Below are positions 13,341-24,966 of a stretch of DNA of 64,000 bases, one piece after another. This DNA comes from Eledone cirrhosa (taxonomy: Eukaryota): positions 7,936,001 to 8,000,000 of the forward strand of contig OZ024765.1 in NCBI GenBank assembly GCA_964016885.1, written 5' to 3'. A program made the position numbers and the translations under genes. Below the pieces are notes generated by a model. It was given only the letters and a program-made list of their open reading frames with translations. It did no database searches and was not told the DNA's origin. Position 1 is the stretch's first letter. Each line of letters opens with the position of its first letter.

Positions 13341-14942
13341 ATGGAAAACAAATTGTGCAAAAAAAAGGTTAAATGCAAAAAACAGTCTAAGAGGGTTGGT
13401 TTTACTGATCATAGAAAGCAGAAAGATAAAATATACTCCTGTGACATTTGTAAAAAGTCTTTCTCTCAAAAATGTAACCTCAACACTCACAAACGTATTC
13501 ATACAGGAGAGAAACCATATCACTGTGATATCTGTGGTAAATTATTCTCTGAAAGAAACACCTTAACTAAACACAAGCGTATTCACACGGGAGAAAAGCC
13601 ATATCATTGTGATATCTGTGGTAAATCATTCTCTGAACGAAGTACATTAACTAAACACAAACGTATTCATACAGGAGAGAAACCATACCACTGTGATGTC
13701 TGTGGTAAATCATTCACTGAGAAAGGTCACCTAACCACACACAAATACATTCACACAGGAGAAAAACTATATCACTGTGATATCTGCGGTGTATCATTAT
13801 CTAGAAATTATAGCTTGACTATACATAAACGAATACATACAGGAGAGAAGCCATTTCATTGTGATATCTGTGGTAAATCATTCTCTGAAAGGAATAACTT
13901 AACTATACACAAACGCATTCATACAGGAGAGAAACCATATCACTGTGATATCTGTGGTGTATCATTCTCACAAAAGTCTATCCTAACGAAGCATAAACGT
14001 TTTCATACAGGTGACAAGCCATATCACTGTGATGTCTGTGGCAAATCGTTTTCTTCGAGAAGCAACTTAACAACTCATAACCGTATTCATACAGGAGAGA
14101 AGCCATACCACTGTGATATCTGTTTTAAATCATTTACGGTTAAAAGTCAACTAACTGTTCATAGATATATTCATACAGAGGAGAAACCTTATCACTGTGA
14201 TATCTGTGGTAAATCATTCTCTCAAAGTGGTAATTTAGCTAGCCATAGATATGTTCATACAGGAGAGAAGCCACATCACTGTGATATCTGTGATAAATCA
14301 TTTTCTGTAAGTAGTGGCTTAACTACACACAAACGTATTCATACGGGAGAGAAGCCATATCATTGCAATATCTGTGGTAGATCATTCTCTGGAAGTAGTG
14401 GCTTAACTACACACAAACGCGTTCATACAAGAGAGAAGCCATATCACTGTGATGTCTGTGGTAAATCATTTTCACAAAAATCTATATTAACTAAGCATAA
14501 ACGCTTTCATACAGGAGAGAAACCATATCACTGTGATATTTGTGGCAAATTATTCTCTGTAAGTGGTGACTTAACTTTGCACAAACGCATTCATACAGGA
14601 GAGAAACCATATCATTGTGACATCTGTGGTAGATTTTTCTCTCAAAAAAGCCACTTAACGATTCACAGACATGTACATACAGGAGACAAACCATATCACT
14701 GTGATAACTGTGGTAAATTATTCTCTGTGAGAAGTCATTTAACTAAACACCAACATATCCACACAGGAGAGAAGCCATATCACTGTGATATCTGTGGTAA
14801 GTCATTCTCTGGAAGTAGTAGCTTAACCAATCACAAGCGTACTCATACAGGAGAGAAACCATATCACTGTGATATCTGTGGTAAATCATTCTCTCAGTCA
14901 AGTAACTTAACTAAACACAAATACATACACACTGGAGAGTAA
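13341..14942 (+). CDS. C2H2 zinc-finger protein, 18 tandem fingers (~533 aa)
   Basis: Intact ORF with first ATG at 13341, a basic N-terminus and 18 [11 protein letters not shown]-type fingers. Candidate splice acceptor TTATTATTTCAG ends at 12832; AATAAA at 14962. Confidence 0.93.
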   Translation: MENKLCKKKVKCKKQSKRVGFTDHRKQKDKIYSCDICKKSFSQKCNLNTHKRIHTGEKPYHCDICGKLFSERNTLTKHKRIHTGEKPYHCDICGKSFSERSTLTKHKRIHTGEKPYHCDVCGKSFTEKGHLTTHKYIHTGEKLYHCDICGVSLSRNYSLTIHKRIHTGEKPFHCDICGKSFSERNNLTIHKRIHTGEKPYHCDICGVSFSQKSILTKHKRFHTGDKPYHCDVCGKSFSSRSNLTTHNRIHTGEKPYHCDICFKSFTVKSQLTVHRYIHTEEKPYHCDICGKSFSQSGNLASHRYVHTGEKPHHCDICDKSFSVSSGLTTHKRIHTGEKPYHCNICGRSFSGSSGLTTHKRVHTREKPYHCDVCGKSFSQKSILTKHKRFHTGEKPYHCDICGKLFSVSGDLTLHKRIHTGEKPYHCDICGRFFSQKSHLTIHRHVHTGDKPYHCDNCGKLFSVRSHLTKHQHIHTGEKPYHCDICGKSFSGSSSLTNHKRTHTGEKPYHCDICGKSFSQSSNLTKHKYIHTGE

Positions 14943-15078
14943 CAAGACATTATTTAAGCTTAATAAAATGAATATTAAAACTCTATTTTGGTAGTATTGA
15001 GTACTCTTTTCTCTTGGCTCTCAACTACACACACACACACATTCTATATATACGTGTATATATATGTGTGTGTGTGTG

Positions 15079-15416
15079 TCATCATCATTTCATTTTACGT
15101 CCACTTTTCCCTGCTTGCAAGGGTGGGACGGGAACTGATTCTGGCTTGATTTCTACAGCTGGATGCCCTTCCTAACACCAACCTCATTTACAGTGAGTGC
15201 TGGGTGCTTTTTTGCCGTGGCACCTCCACGACCACTTTGCAGTGGAATGATATGGACCCCAGTCCCTATCATCTCATTTCTACAGCTGAGTAAACTGGAA
15301 CAATGTGAAATAAAGTGTCTTGCTCAAGGAAACAACACATCACCCAGTCTGAGAATTGAACTCACAATCTTTCGATTGCAAGGCCAATGCTCTAACCACT
15401 AAGCCATGTGCCTCCA
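15079..15416 (-). mobile_element. tRNA-derived CORE-type SINE, full length
   Basis: A-box TGGCTTAGTGG, B-box GAGTTCAATTC, CORE-like TTCCTTGAGCAAGACACTTTATTTCAC, RTE-like 3' end with (ATG)n tail. Confidence 0.85.
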
Positions 15417-15801
15417 TATATACATGTGTGTATGGGTGTTGAGTGTGTGTGTGTGTGTGTGTGTACCCACTCACACTAACTGACCGTCTATAGTTCTACA
15501 GATTTGATGCGGTGTTGGTATAAGTGTATATATATTTTTTTTCTTTGACCTCGCGTCATGTGTGTGAGTGTGTGTGTGTGTACCCACTCACATTAACTTT
15601 GACCGACTGTAATTCTACAGATTTGATTGATGTCCACCATCTTTTACAGCTATTGGGAGATAGAGACTTGATAGTTTTATGACCCTAACTGAAGACGATA
15701 GCAGTCGCTGTGTTTTGACTGCTTGTTCTTCATATGAGGGACTAAACTCTCTGAGTGAACATTGATAATTTTCTCCCTCATATAAAGAATTTGAAGACAA
15801 T

Positions 15802-15888
15802 TCATTTTCACCTGATGAGATCAGTGATAATCGATCATGGCTTCACGATCGATCTATCTCTTATTGAAACATGTCGTGATTAAAATGA
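15802..15888 (+). ncRNA. Type I hammerhead ribozyme (long helix II, palindromic minimal helix III)
   Basis: TCATTTTCAC-CTGATGA-[47-nt hairpin]-GAAAC-AT-GTC-GTGATTAAAATGA. Helix I complementarity and all core nucleotides are present. Confidence 0.8.
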
Positions 15889-16065
15889 TTGGAAATTTTA
15901 CCTTGCCTTCAGATCTTTATTTTTATATATATATGTATATATATGGGTTGAGGAAGGACAGGCTGTGTGGTTACTGATAATGAGTGTTAGAAGGTAAGGA
16001 GACACAAACAAGAGATGTACCCTCTCCCTTCGTCAGCTGTTTACTACGGGTCATGGATGTTTCAC

Positions 16066-16363
16066 GCATATATCTATCTATATATATCTATCTATATCTC
16101 TATATCTATATCTATATATCTATCTATCTATATATATATATATCTCTATATCTATATCTATATATATATCTCTATATCTATATCTATCTATCTATATATC
16201 TATCTATATCTATATCTATATATCTATCTATCTATATCTATATATATATATCTATATATATATCTATATCTATATATCTATATATATATCTATATCTATA
16301 TATCTATATATATATCTATATCTATATATCTATATATATATCTATATCTATATATCTATATAT

Positions 16364-16394
<31 letters not shown>

Positions 16395-17085
16395 TCTATA
16401 TATATATATATCTATATATATATCTATATATATATCTATATATCTATATATATATATATATATATATCTATATATCTATATATCTATATATATATATATC
16501 TATATATATATCTATATATCTATATATATATATATCTATATCTATATCTATATCTATATATATATCTATATATATATCTATATATATATCTATATATATA
16601 TCTATATATATATATATATATATATATATCAATATATATATCTATATCTATATCTATATATATCTATATATATCTATCTATATATATCTATATATATATA
16701 TCTATATATATATATCTATATATATATATCTATATATATATATCTATATATATATATGTATATATATCTATATATATCTATATCTATATATATCTATATA
16801 TATCTATCTATATATATCTATCTATATATATATATCTATATATATATCTATATATATATCTATATCTATCTATATATATATATCTCTCTATATATATATA
16901 TCTCTATATATATATATATCTATATATCTATATATATCTATATATCTATATATATCTCTATATATATATATATCTATATATATCTCTATATATATATATA
17001 TCTATATATATATCTATATATATATCTATATATATATCTATATATATATCTATATATATATCTATATCTATATCTATATCTATAT

Positions 17086-17116
<31 letters not shown>

Positions 17117-17488
17117 TATATCTATATATATATATCTATATATATATCTATATATCTATATATATATCTATATATCTATATATATATCTATATATATATC
17201 TATATATCTATATATCTATATATATATCTATATATCTATATATATATCTATATATCTATATATCTATATATATATCTATATATCTATCTATATATCTATA
17301 TATATATCTATATATCTATATATATCTATATATATATCTATATCTATATATATATCTATATCTATATATCTATATCTATATCTATATCTATATCTATATA
17401 TATATCTATATATATATATATCTATATCTATATATATATCTATATATATATATATCTATATCTATATATCTATATCTATATATATATA

Positions 17489-17527
<39 letters not shown>

Positions 17528-18118
17528 ATATATCTATATATATATCTATATATATATCTATATATATATCTATATATATATCTATATATATATATATATA
17601 TATATCTATATATCTATATATATATCTATATATATATCTATATCTATATATATATCTATATATATATATATATATATCTATATATATATATATCTATATA
17701 TATATCTATATATATATATATATATATCTATATCTATATATATCTATATATATATATATATATCTATATATATATATATCTATATATATATATATCTGTA
17801 TATATATATATCTATATATATATATATCTATATCTATATATATATATCTATATATATATATATATCTCTATATATATATATATATCTCTATATATATATA
17901 TCTCTATATATATATATATATCTCTATATATATATATATATCTCTATATATATATATATATATCTATATATATATATATATCTATATATCTTTATATATA
18001 TATCTATCTCTATATATATATCTATCTCTATATATATATCTATCTCTATATATATATATCTATCTCTATATATATATCTATCTCTATATATATATATCTA
18101 TCTCTATATATATATCTA

Positions 18119-18161
<43 letters not shown>
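16066..18161. repeat. (TA)n/(TATC)n microsatellite, ~2.1 kb
   Basis: Directly visible. Confidence 0.95.
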
Positions 18162-18163
<2 letters not shown>

Positions 18164-19946
18164 TGAAGGTCACGGAAAAAGTAATAGCGCAACTAATCAG
18201 AGAGAGAATTGATCTAGATGAAATGCAGTTCGGGTTTGTGTCAGGCAAAAGTACCACAGACGCTCTTTTCATTGTACGACAACTACAGGAGAAGTACCTA
18301 GCTAAAAGTAAACCCCTATACTTAGCTTTCGTCGACTTGGAGAAAGCCTTCGACAGAGTCCCCCGTTCCATTATCTGGTGGTCTCTTAGAAAACTAGGTG
18401 TTGACGAATGGCTTGTGAGAGCTATATAAGCCATGTATAAAGAAACAGTCAGTAAGGTTAGAATTAACAACGAATATAGTGAAGAGTTTAGCGTAAAAGT
18501 TGGTGTCCATCAGGGCTCTGTTCTTAGCCCCCTACTATTTATTATTGCCCTTCAGGCTATAACAGAGGAGTTCAAGACCGGCTGCCCATGGGAACTCCTA
18601 TACGCAGATGATCTAACGCTCATAGCTGAATCAATGACCGAACTAGAGAAGAAATTCCAAACATGGAAGCACGGCCTAGAATCAAAAGGCCTTAAAATTA
18701 ACCTGGCTAAGACTAAAATTCTAGTTTGTAGGAAAGAAAATAAGGCGGCAGTCCCATCTGGGAAATGGCCATGCTCAGTGTGTAGGAAAGGCGTAGGTAG
18801 AAACTCCATTTTATGTCCCAAATGCAAAGTATGGGTGCATAAAAGATGTAGTGGGATCACAGGTAAGCTAACTAAGAACATAGATTTTACATGTGGCCGG
18901 TGCTCTGGTGCAATAAGTAGCAGCAAGTGCCCACAAAATACTAGCTCCTTCAACTGCGCAGAGGGTTCTATAGAAATAGTGGACAGCTTCCGTTACCTGG
19001 GTGACAAAATCAGCAGTGGGGGAGGGTGCTCTGAAAGTACAGTAGCTAGAGTCAGAACTGGATGGAAAAAGTTCAGAGAGCTTATACCACTATTAGCCGC
19101 TAGAGGGTTCTCCCTAAAAATGAAAGGCAGGTTATACGATGCCTGCATACGAACAGCAATGCTGCATGGCAGTGAGACCTGGGCATTGTGTGCAGAGGAT
19201 ATACGCAGACTAGAGAGGAACGAAGCTTGCATGCTCCGCTGGATGTGCAATAGTAATATACGTGAACGGCAAAGCATAAACGAACTAAGGAAAAAATTAG
19301 AAATAAGAGGGATCAGATGTTGTTTACTCGAGAGAAGGCTACGTTGGTATGGACACGTGATGCGCATGAAAGTCGATAGCTGTATAACAAAGTGCAGGGC
19401 AATAAAGATAGACGGTAGCCACGGAATAGGCAGACCTAGAAAAACCTGGGACGAGCTGATAAACTCCGACCTCACACACTTACACCTCTCCAAGACAATG
19501 TCACTGGACCGAGACCTTTGGCGGTACTCAGTAACAGAGAAAACCCGCCTTACCTAAATACATAGTAAAACCTACTACAGCCAGTAGGTATCTCTAACAA
19601 AATACACCCCGTCCCACCACGACCACCCCCACCCCATCCACACCACCCCGTTCTATGTAAAGTTATGTTGGTGCCGCGCCATCCAGGCCGAAACAAATGA
19701 GATCGTGTAGGTGTCACGACAAAAAAACACACAGTCCACGCTGTAATGTGGCCGTGTAGGCAACACGGTAAAAACCTCCCAGCCCCACACTGTAAATGTG
19801 GTTGGTGTTAGGAAGGGCATCCAGCTGTAGAAAACCTGCCAGACAGTCCTATGCGAGCAAGACAACCACTCTTGCCTCAAGTGGGAAAACCCCCGTCCAA
19901 ACCCATGCAAGCGTGGAACACGGACGCTAAACCTGATGATGATGAT
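18162..19946 (+). mobile_element. RTE LINE (subfamily A), 5'-truncated, RT pseudogene
   Basis: QFGF...[48 protein letters not shown]. One premature stop at 18427-18429; 3' UTR with (TGA)n tail. Confidence 0.93.
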
Positions 19947-20160
19947 CTATATATATATATATATATCTATATATAAAGTGGACGTAAAATGAAAAATAAA
20001 ATGAAATATATATGAAATATCTATGATCGTTGGCAAATCACTGATGAGGAACTCATTTTATAACATGTTATCCATGTGCAACCTGCAGTATTCTTCTCCC
20101 CATTTTTTCATATATATATATCTATATATATATATCTATATATATCTATATATCTATATC

Positions 20161-20605
20161 AAAGGAGCTCTTAAGAGTCAATAGCCATCGAAAATCACCG
20201 GGAAAGATGACCCCTTAGCCTTTGTCAAGGCAGAATTCTAGGAGAAGGAAAACTGATATAACACCTGCAACCCTGATGGTATCCAATGATGTTGACATGT
20301 TCTTTTTGGTAAATATCATCTTGGTTAAGAGAGTGGGACTGGCTTTGTGCAGTGCCTTTGCTCACTATAAAAGCTTCACGGCACAGGCATTGCTTTACAT
20401 CTGGAGATCTCTCTGCACTTGTCGTCACATGGTACCATGGGCCCAGCACTATGTGTCAATAATTGTCACAAGTGTAGTGTTTGTACCAGAGTTTTCAAGT
20501 CGCTGGCTGGACTAAAAAGTCACACTCGTTCAGCGCTTCGGTAGGGGTTCTCCTACATGGATATAAAGTAGTGGCCGTACTCGAAAACGAGTTGGCAGCC
20601 ACCAT
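20161..20605 (+). mobile_element. Non-autonomous RTE-derived short element (partial copy)
   Basis: Second copy at 41966-42740. The 3' part encodes a relic finger [19 protein letters not shown] like RTE C-termini. Confidence 0.55.
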
Positions 20606-20662
20606 ATCTATATCTATATATATATCTATTTATATATCTATATATATATATCTATTTATATA

Positions 20663-20707
<45 letters not shown>

Positions 20708-21004
20708 AAATATATATATATATCTAAATATATATTTATTTATGTATATATCTATCTCTATATATATATCTATCTATCTATCTATCTATATATATCATAA
20801 ATCATGTCTTTAGAATCACTAGATATAATATATACCATTTCCTCTCCCAATTAGCATAATTAACCATATAAAAAATCAATTAGACCAAGCTATAAAAATA
20901 AAGGCTCCTATGAAGAAATCTTCGACAAATAACCGAAAGCAGCCTCTTCGCAGTGGCCACGATAGAGTATTATATATTATATATATATATCTATATCTAT
21001 ATAT

Positions 21005-23068
21005 ATCATCATCATCATCATCGTTTAACGTCCATCTTCCACGCTTGCATGGGTTTGGACGGGAGTTTTCCCCACTTGAAGCAAGATTTGTTGTCCTGCT
21101 CGTATAGGACTGTCTGGCGGGTTTTCTACGGCTGGATGCCCTTCCTAACACCAACCACATTTACAGTGTGGGATGGGAGTTTTTTTGTCGTGACACCTAC
21201 ACGACCTCATTTGTTTTGGCCTGGATGTTGTGGTACCAACATAACTTTACATTGAAAGGGGTAGTGTGGATAGGGTGGGGGTAGTGGGACGGGGTGTATT
21301 TTTATTAGAGGTGCCTACTGACTGTAGTAGGTTTCACTTTGTACTTAGGTAAGGCGGGTCTTCTGTATAACTGTGTAGTGCCAAAGATCTCGGTCCAGTG
21401 ACATTGTCTTGGAGAGGTGTAATTTTTTGAGGTCGGAATTTATCAAGTCGTCCCAGGTTTTTCTGGGTCTGCCTACTCCGTGGCTACCGTCTATTTTTAT
21501 TGCCCTGCACTTTTTTATACAGCTGTCGTCTTTCATGCGCATCACGTGACCATACCAACGTAGTCTTCTCTCGAGTAAACAACATCTGATCCTTCTTATT
21601 TCTAATTTTTCCCTTAGTTCGTTTATGCTTTGCCGTTCACGTATATTACTATTACACATCTAGCGGAGCATGCAAGCTTCGTTCCTCTCCAGTCTGCGTA
21701 TATCCTCTGCACACAATGCCCAGGTCTCACTGCCATGTAACATTGCTGTTTGTATGCAGGCATCATACAGCCTGCCTTTCATTTTTAGAGAGAACCCTTT
21801 AGCGGCTAATAGTGGTATGAGCTCTCTGAACTTTTTCCATCCGGTTCTGACTCTAGCTACTGTACTTTCAGAGCACCCTCCACCACTGCTAATTTTGTCA
21901 CCCAAGTAACAGAAGGTGTCCACTATTTCTATAGAACCATCTGTGCAATGGAATGAGCTAGTATTCTGTGAGCACTTGCTGCTACTTATTTCACCAGAGC
22001 ACCGACCACATATAAAATCTATGTTCTTAGTTAGCTTACCTGTGGTCCCACTACATCTTTTATGCACCCATACTTTGCATTTGGGACATAAAATGGAGTT
22101 TCTACCTACTCCTTTCCTACACACTGAGCATGGCCATTTCCCAGATGGGACCGGTGCCCTATTTTCTTTCCTACAAACTAGAACTTTAGTCTTAGACAGG
22201 TTAATTTTAAGGCCTTTTGATTCTAGGCCATGCTTCCATGTTTGGAATTTCTTCTCTAGTTCAGCCATTGATTCAGCTATGAGCATTAGATCATCTGCGT
22301 ATAGGAGTTCCCATGGGCAGCCGATCTTGAACTCCACTGTTATAGCCTGAAGGGTAATAATAAATAGAAGGAGGCTAAGAACGGAGCTCTGATGAACACC
22401 AACTTTTACGCTAAACTCTTCACTATATTCGTTGTTAATTCTAACCTTGCTGACTGTTTCTTTATACATGGCTTGTATAGCTCTCACAAGCCATTCATCA
22501 ACACCTAGTTTTCTAAGAGCCCACCAGATAATGGAACGGGGGACTCTGTCAAAGGCTTTCTCCAAGTCGACAAAAGCTAAGTATAGGGGTTTACTGTTAG
22601 CTAGGTACTTCTCCTGTAGTTGTCGTACAATGAAAAGAGCGTCTGTGGTACTTTTGCCTGACACAAACCCGAACTGCATTTCATCTAGATCAATTCTCTC
22701 TCTGATTAGTTACGCTAATACTTTTTCTGTGACCTTCATGACCTGGTCGATTAATTTAATGCCTGCTTTTTGGCCTTAATTGACTCCTCTACCTTACTGT
22801 TCCACCACCACGTTACTCTCCTCCTGCCTATAGGCCTGCTCCAGTCACTGACTTCGTCTGCCACCATCAGCAGGTTTGCTTTCAGAATTCCCACTGTTCC
22901 TCTATATTGTACGACTAATTGCTCTTCCTTACTGTCGAAAGCATCAAGTAATATGCTTTTAAATTTATTACTGGCTGTGGGGTCCTTTAGCTTCCATATT
23001 TTTCTCCTGAGGATAGTCCTCTTCTGTTCTCGAGTACGTCTCGTCCTGACTATGAGGTCGCTAATTAT
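21005..23068 (-). mobile_element. RTE LINE (subfamily A), inverted copy with internal deletion
   Basis: RT ORFs 21660-22679 and 21345-21659 are split by one stop. The upstream TWWWN linker is joined directly to GIKLIDQVMK near 22770. Confidence 0.93.
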
Positions 23069-23071
23069 CAG

Positions 23072-23460
23072 TCTATATATACTATTGTATTTTCACAGTA
23101 AAGGCTTTACCTCACAATATCTCTCACAACATTTACATTACTCTATATATACTATTGTATTTTCACAGTAAAGGCTTTACCTCACATAATATCTCATAAC
23201 ATTTACATTACCCGATATATACTATTATATTTTCACAGTAAAGGCTTTACCTCACATAATATCTCGCATAACATTACTCGATATATACTATTGTATTAGT
23301 ATGAGCAGCCAATTACAACACAAAGACGTGAGAAAACTTTGGCCAAATACGACCGGTCTAAATACTAAAACTTCAGTATGAACGGCTGGTTACAGCCAGT
23401 TTGAATAGGAGGTTTGAGAATTCTGACCGGATATGGCTGGTTTAAATGCTAAAGGGTTAA
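23072..23460. mobile_element. TTAA (piggyBac-like) MITE, left end lost, with ~72-bp internal repeats
   Basis: Ends TAAATGCTAAAGGG-TTAA; same family as 36679-37121. Confidence 0.7.
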
Positions 23461-23739
23461 TAAAGGTCCATAAGTAGGGGAAGCCTTCAGGCTCACCCGA
23501 TGTACAACAAAAATTAAAATACAAATATATTATTATTTGTAAAAAAACAACGAAATGGTGAGTGATTTGTTTTGAAATTTTTAAAATACTTTTATAAAAC
23601 ATTGACGGACATTTACAAAATATATTTAACATTTAACATCATCGTAGTCATTTTATGTTCATTTTCCTAAACTAGCATGGGTTGGACAGGTCTTTTTAAG
23701 CATAGCTTCCCCACCATTGGCTGTGTCCCTTTCTCATCT

Positions 23740-23998
23740 CCGTGGTGTAGTGTAGTGGTATGGTGGTGGTGTGGTGGTGTAGTGGTGGTGTGGTGTAGTG
23801 GTGTGGTGGTGTAGTGGTGGTGTGGTGTAGTGGTGTGGTGGTGTAGTGGTGTGGTGGTGTAGTGGTGTGGTGGTGTGGTGGTGTAGTGGTGTAGTGGTGT
23901 GGTGGTGTAGTGGTGTGGTAGTGGTGGTGGTGGTGTGGAGTGGTGGAGTGGAGGTGTAGTGGTGTAGAGGTGTAGTGGAGTGGTGGTGTGGTGGTGTG
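23740..23998. repeat. GTG/GTA low-complexity repeat
   Basis: Directly visible. Confidence 0.9.
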
Positions 23999-24174
23999 AC
24001 CCCAGAACAAAGATGGTTGGGTCAGATTAATGAGGTCAGCTGTTCTCAATTGGGGATACAGCTGGGGGAAGGGGTTAAGGACGACTGACCCCCTCTCAGG
24101 GATATAGTGGAGAGAAGAAGGCAAAGAAATTTTTTTTCATTCCCTTTTTTAGTGGGTGTGATGGGAGTCAATTA

Positions 24175-24441
24175 AATGGACCCTACTCTCATCCCCCTCC
24201 AATGGATCCTACTCTCCTCCCCCCTCCAATGGACCCTACTCTCCTCCCCCCTCCAATGGACCCTACTCTCCTCCCCCCTCCAATGGACCCTACTCTCCTC
24301 GCCCCTCCAATGGACCCTACTCTCCTCGCCCCTCCAATGGACCCTACTCTCCCTCTCCAATGGACCCTACTCTCCCTCTCCAATGGACCCTACTCTCCTC
24401 CCCTCTCCAATGGACCCTACTCTCCCTCTCCAATGGACCCT
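24175..24441. repeat. Minisatellite, 23-28 bp unit (AATGGACCCTACTCTCCTCCCCCCTCC), ~10 copies
   Basis: Directly visible. Confidence 0.92.
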
Positions 24442-24784
24442 AAAGCATAATATTAGAAATTAAAACTATGGCAAGATTTGAACTTAGAATGTCTGTAGGC
24501 GGGACAACAAACACTGCAAGGTGTTTTATCCAACACTTATGATGTAACAACAACAACAACAACAACAACGTTGAAATAAATAAAATAATTTAAATTTACA
24601 AAAAAAAATATATATATATAAATATAGAGATTGTTTTTTAAATGTTTTTTCTTGTATTTTTTCCTTTTTTTTTTGTTTGTTTTAATTCTTAACATCCTGT
24701 AATGATTCAGCAGAAAATGTCAATTTAAATGTTTATAGTATATTTACTGCTGGACAGATAGTTGTGAATATTACTTTAATACAC

Positions 24785-24966
24785 AATTGTTTCTACATTT
24801 GGCACAAGGCCAGCCATTTCCCAGTACATTACTGGTACTTTATTTTATCGACCCCGTAAGAGTGAAAGGCAAAGTTAACCCCTGCGGGATTTGAACTCAA
24901 TCCGTAAAAGGACGTAACTGTGCAGCAAAGCATGGCGTCCAACCCTCTACTGATACTGCCAATCCA
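24785..24966 (-). mobile_element. Meta-domain-like SINE, full length
   Basis: Reverse complement of the family consensus; interrupts the first satellite unit. Confidence 0.82.

Noticed and set aside
20036-20095. Hammerhead at CTGATGAGGA, and similar partial motifs near 11383, 20905, 44188 and 62287
   Set aside because: No properly placed GAAA/UH half or helices; at best decayed remnants.
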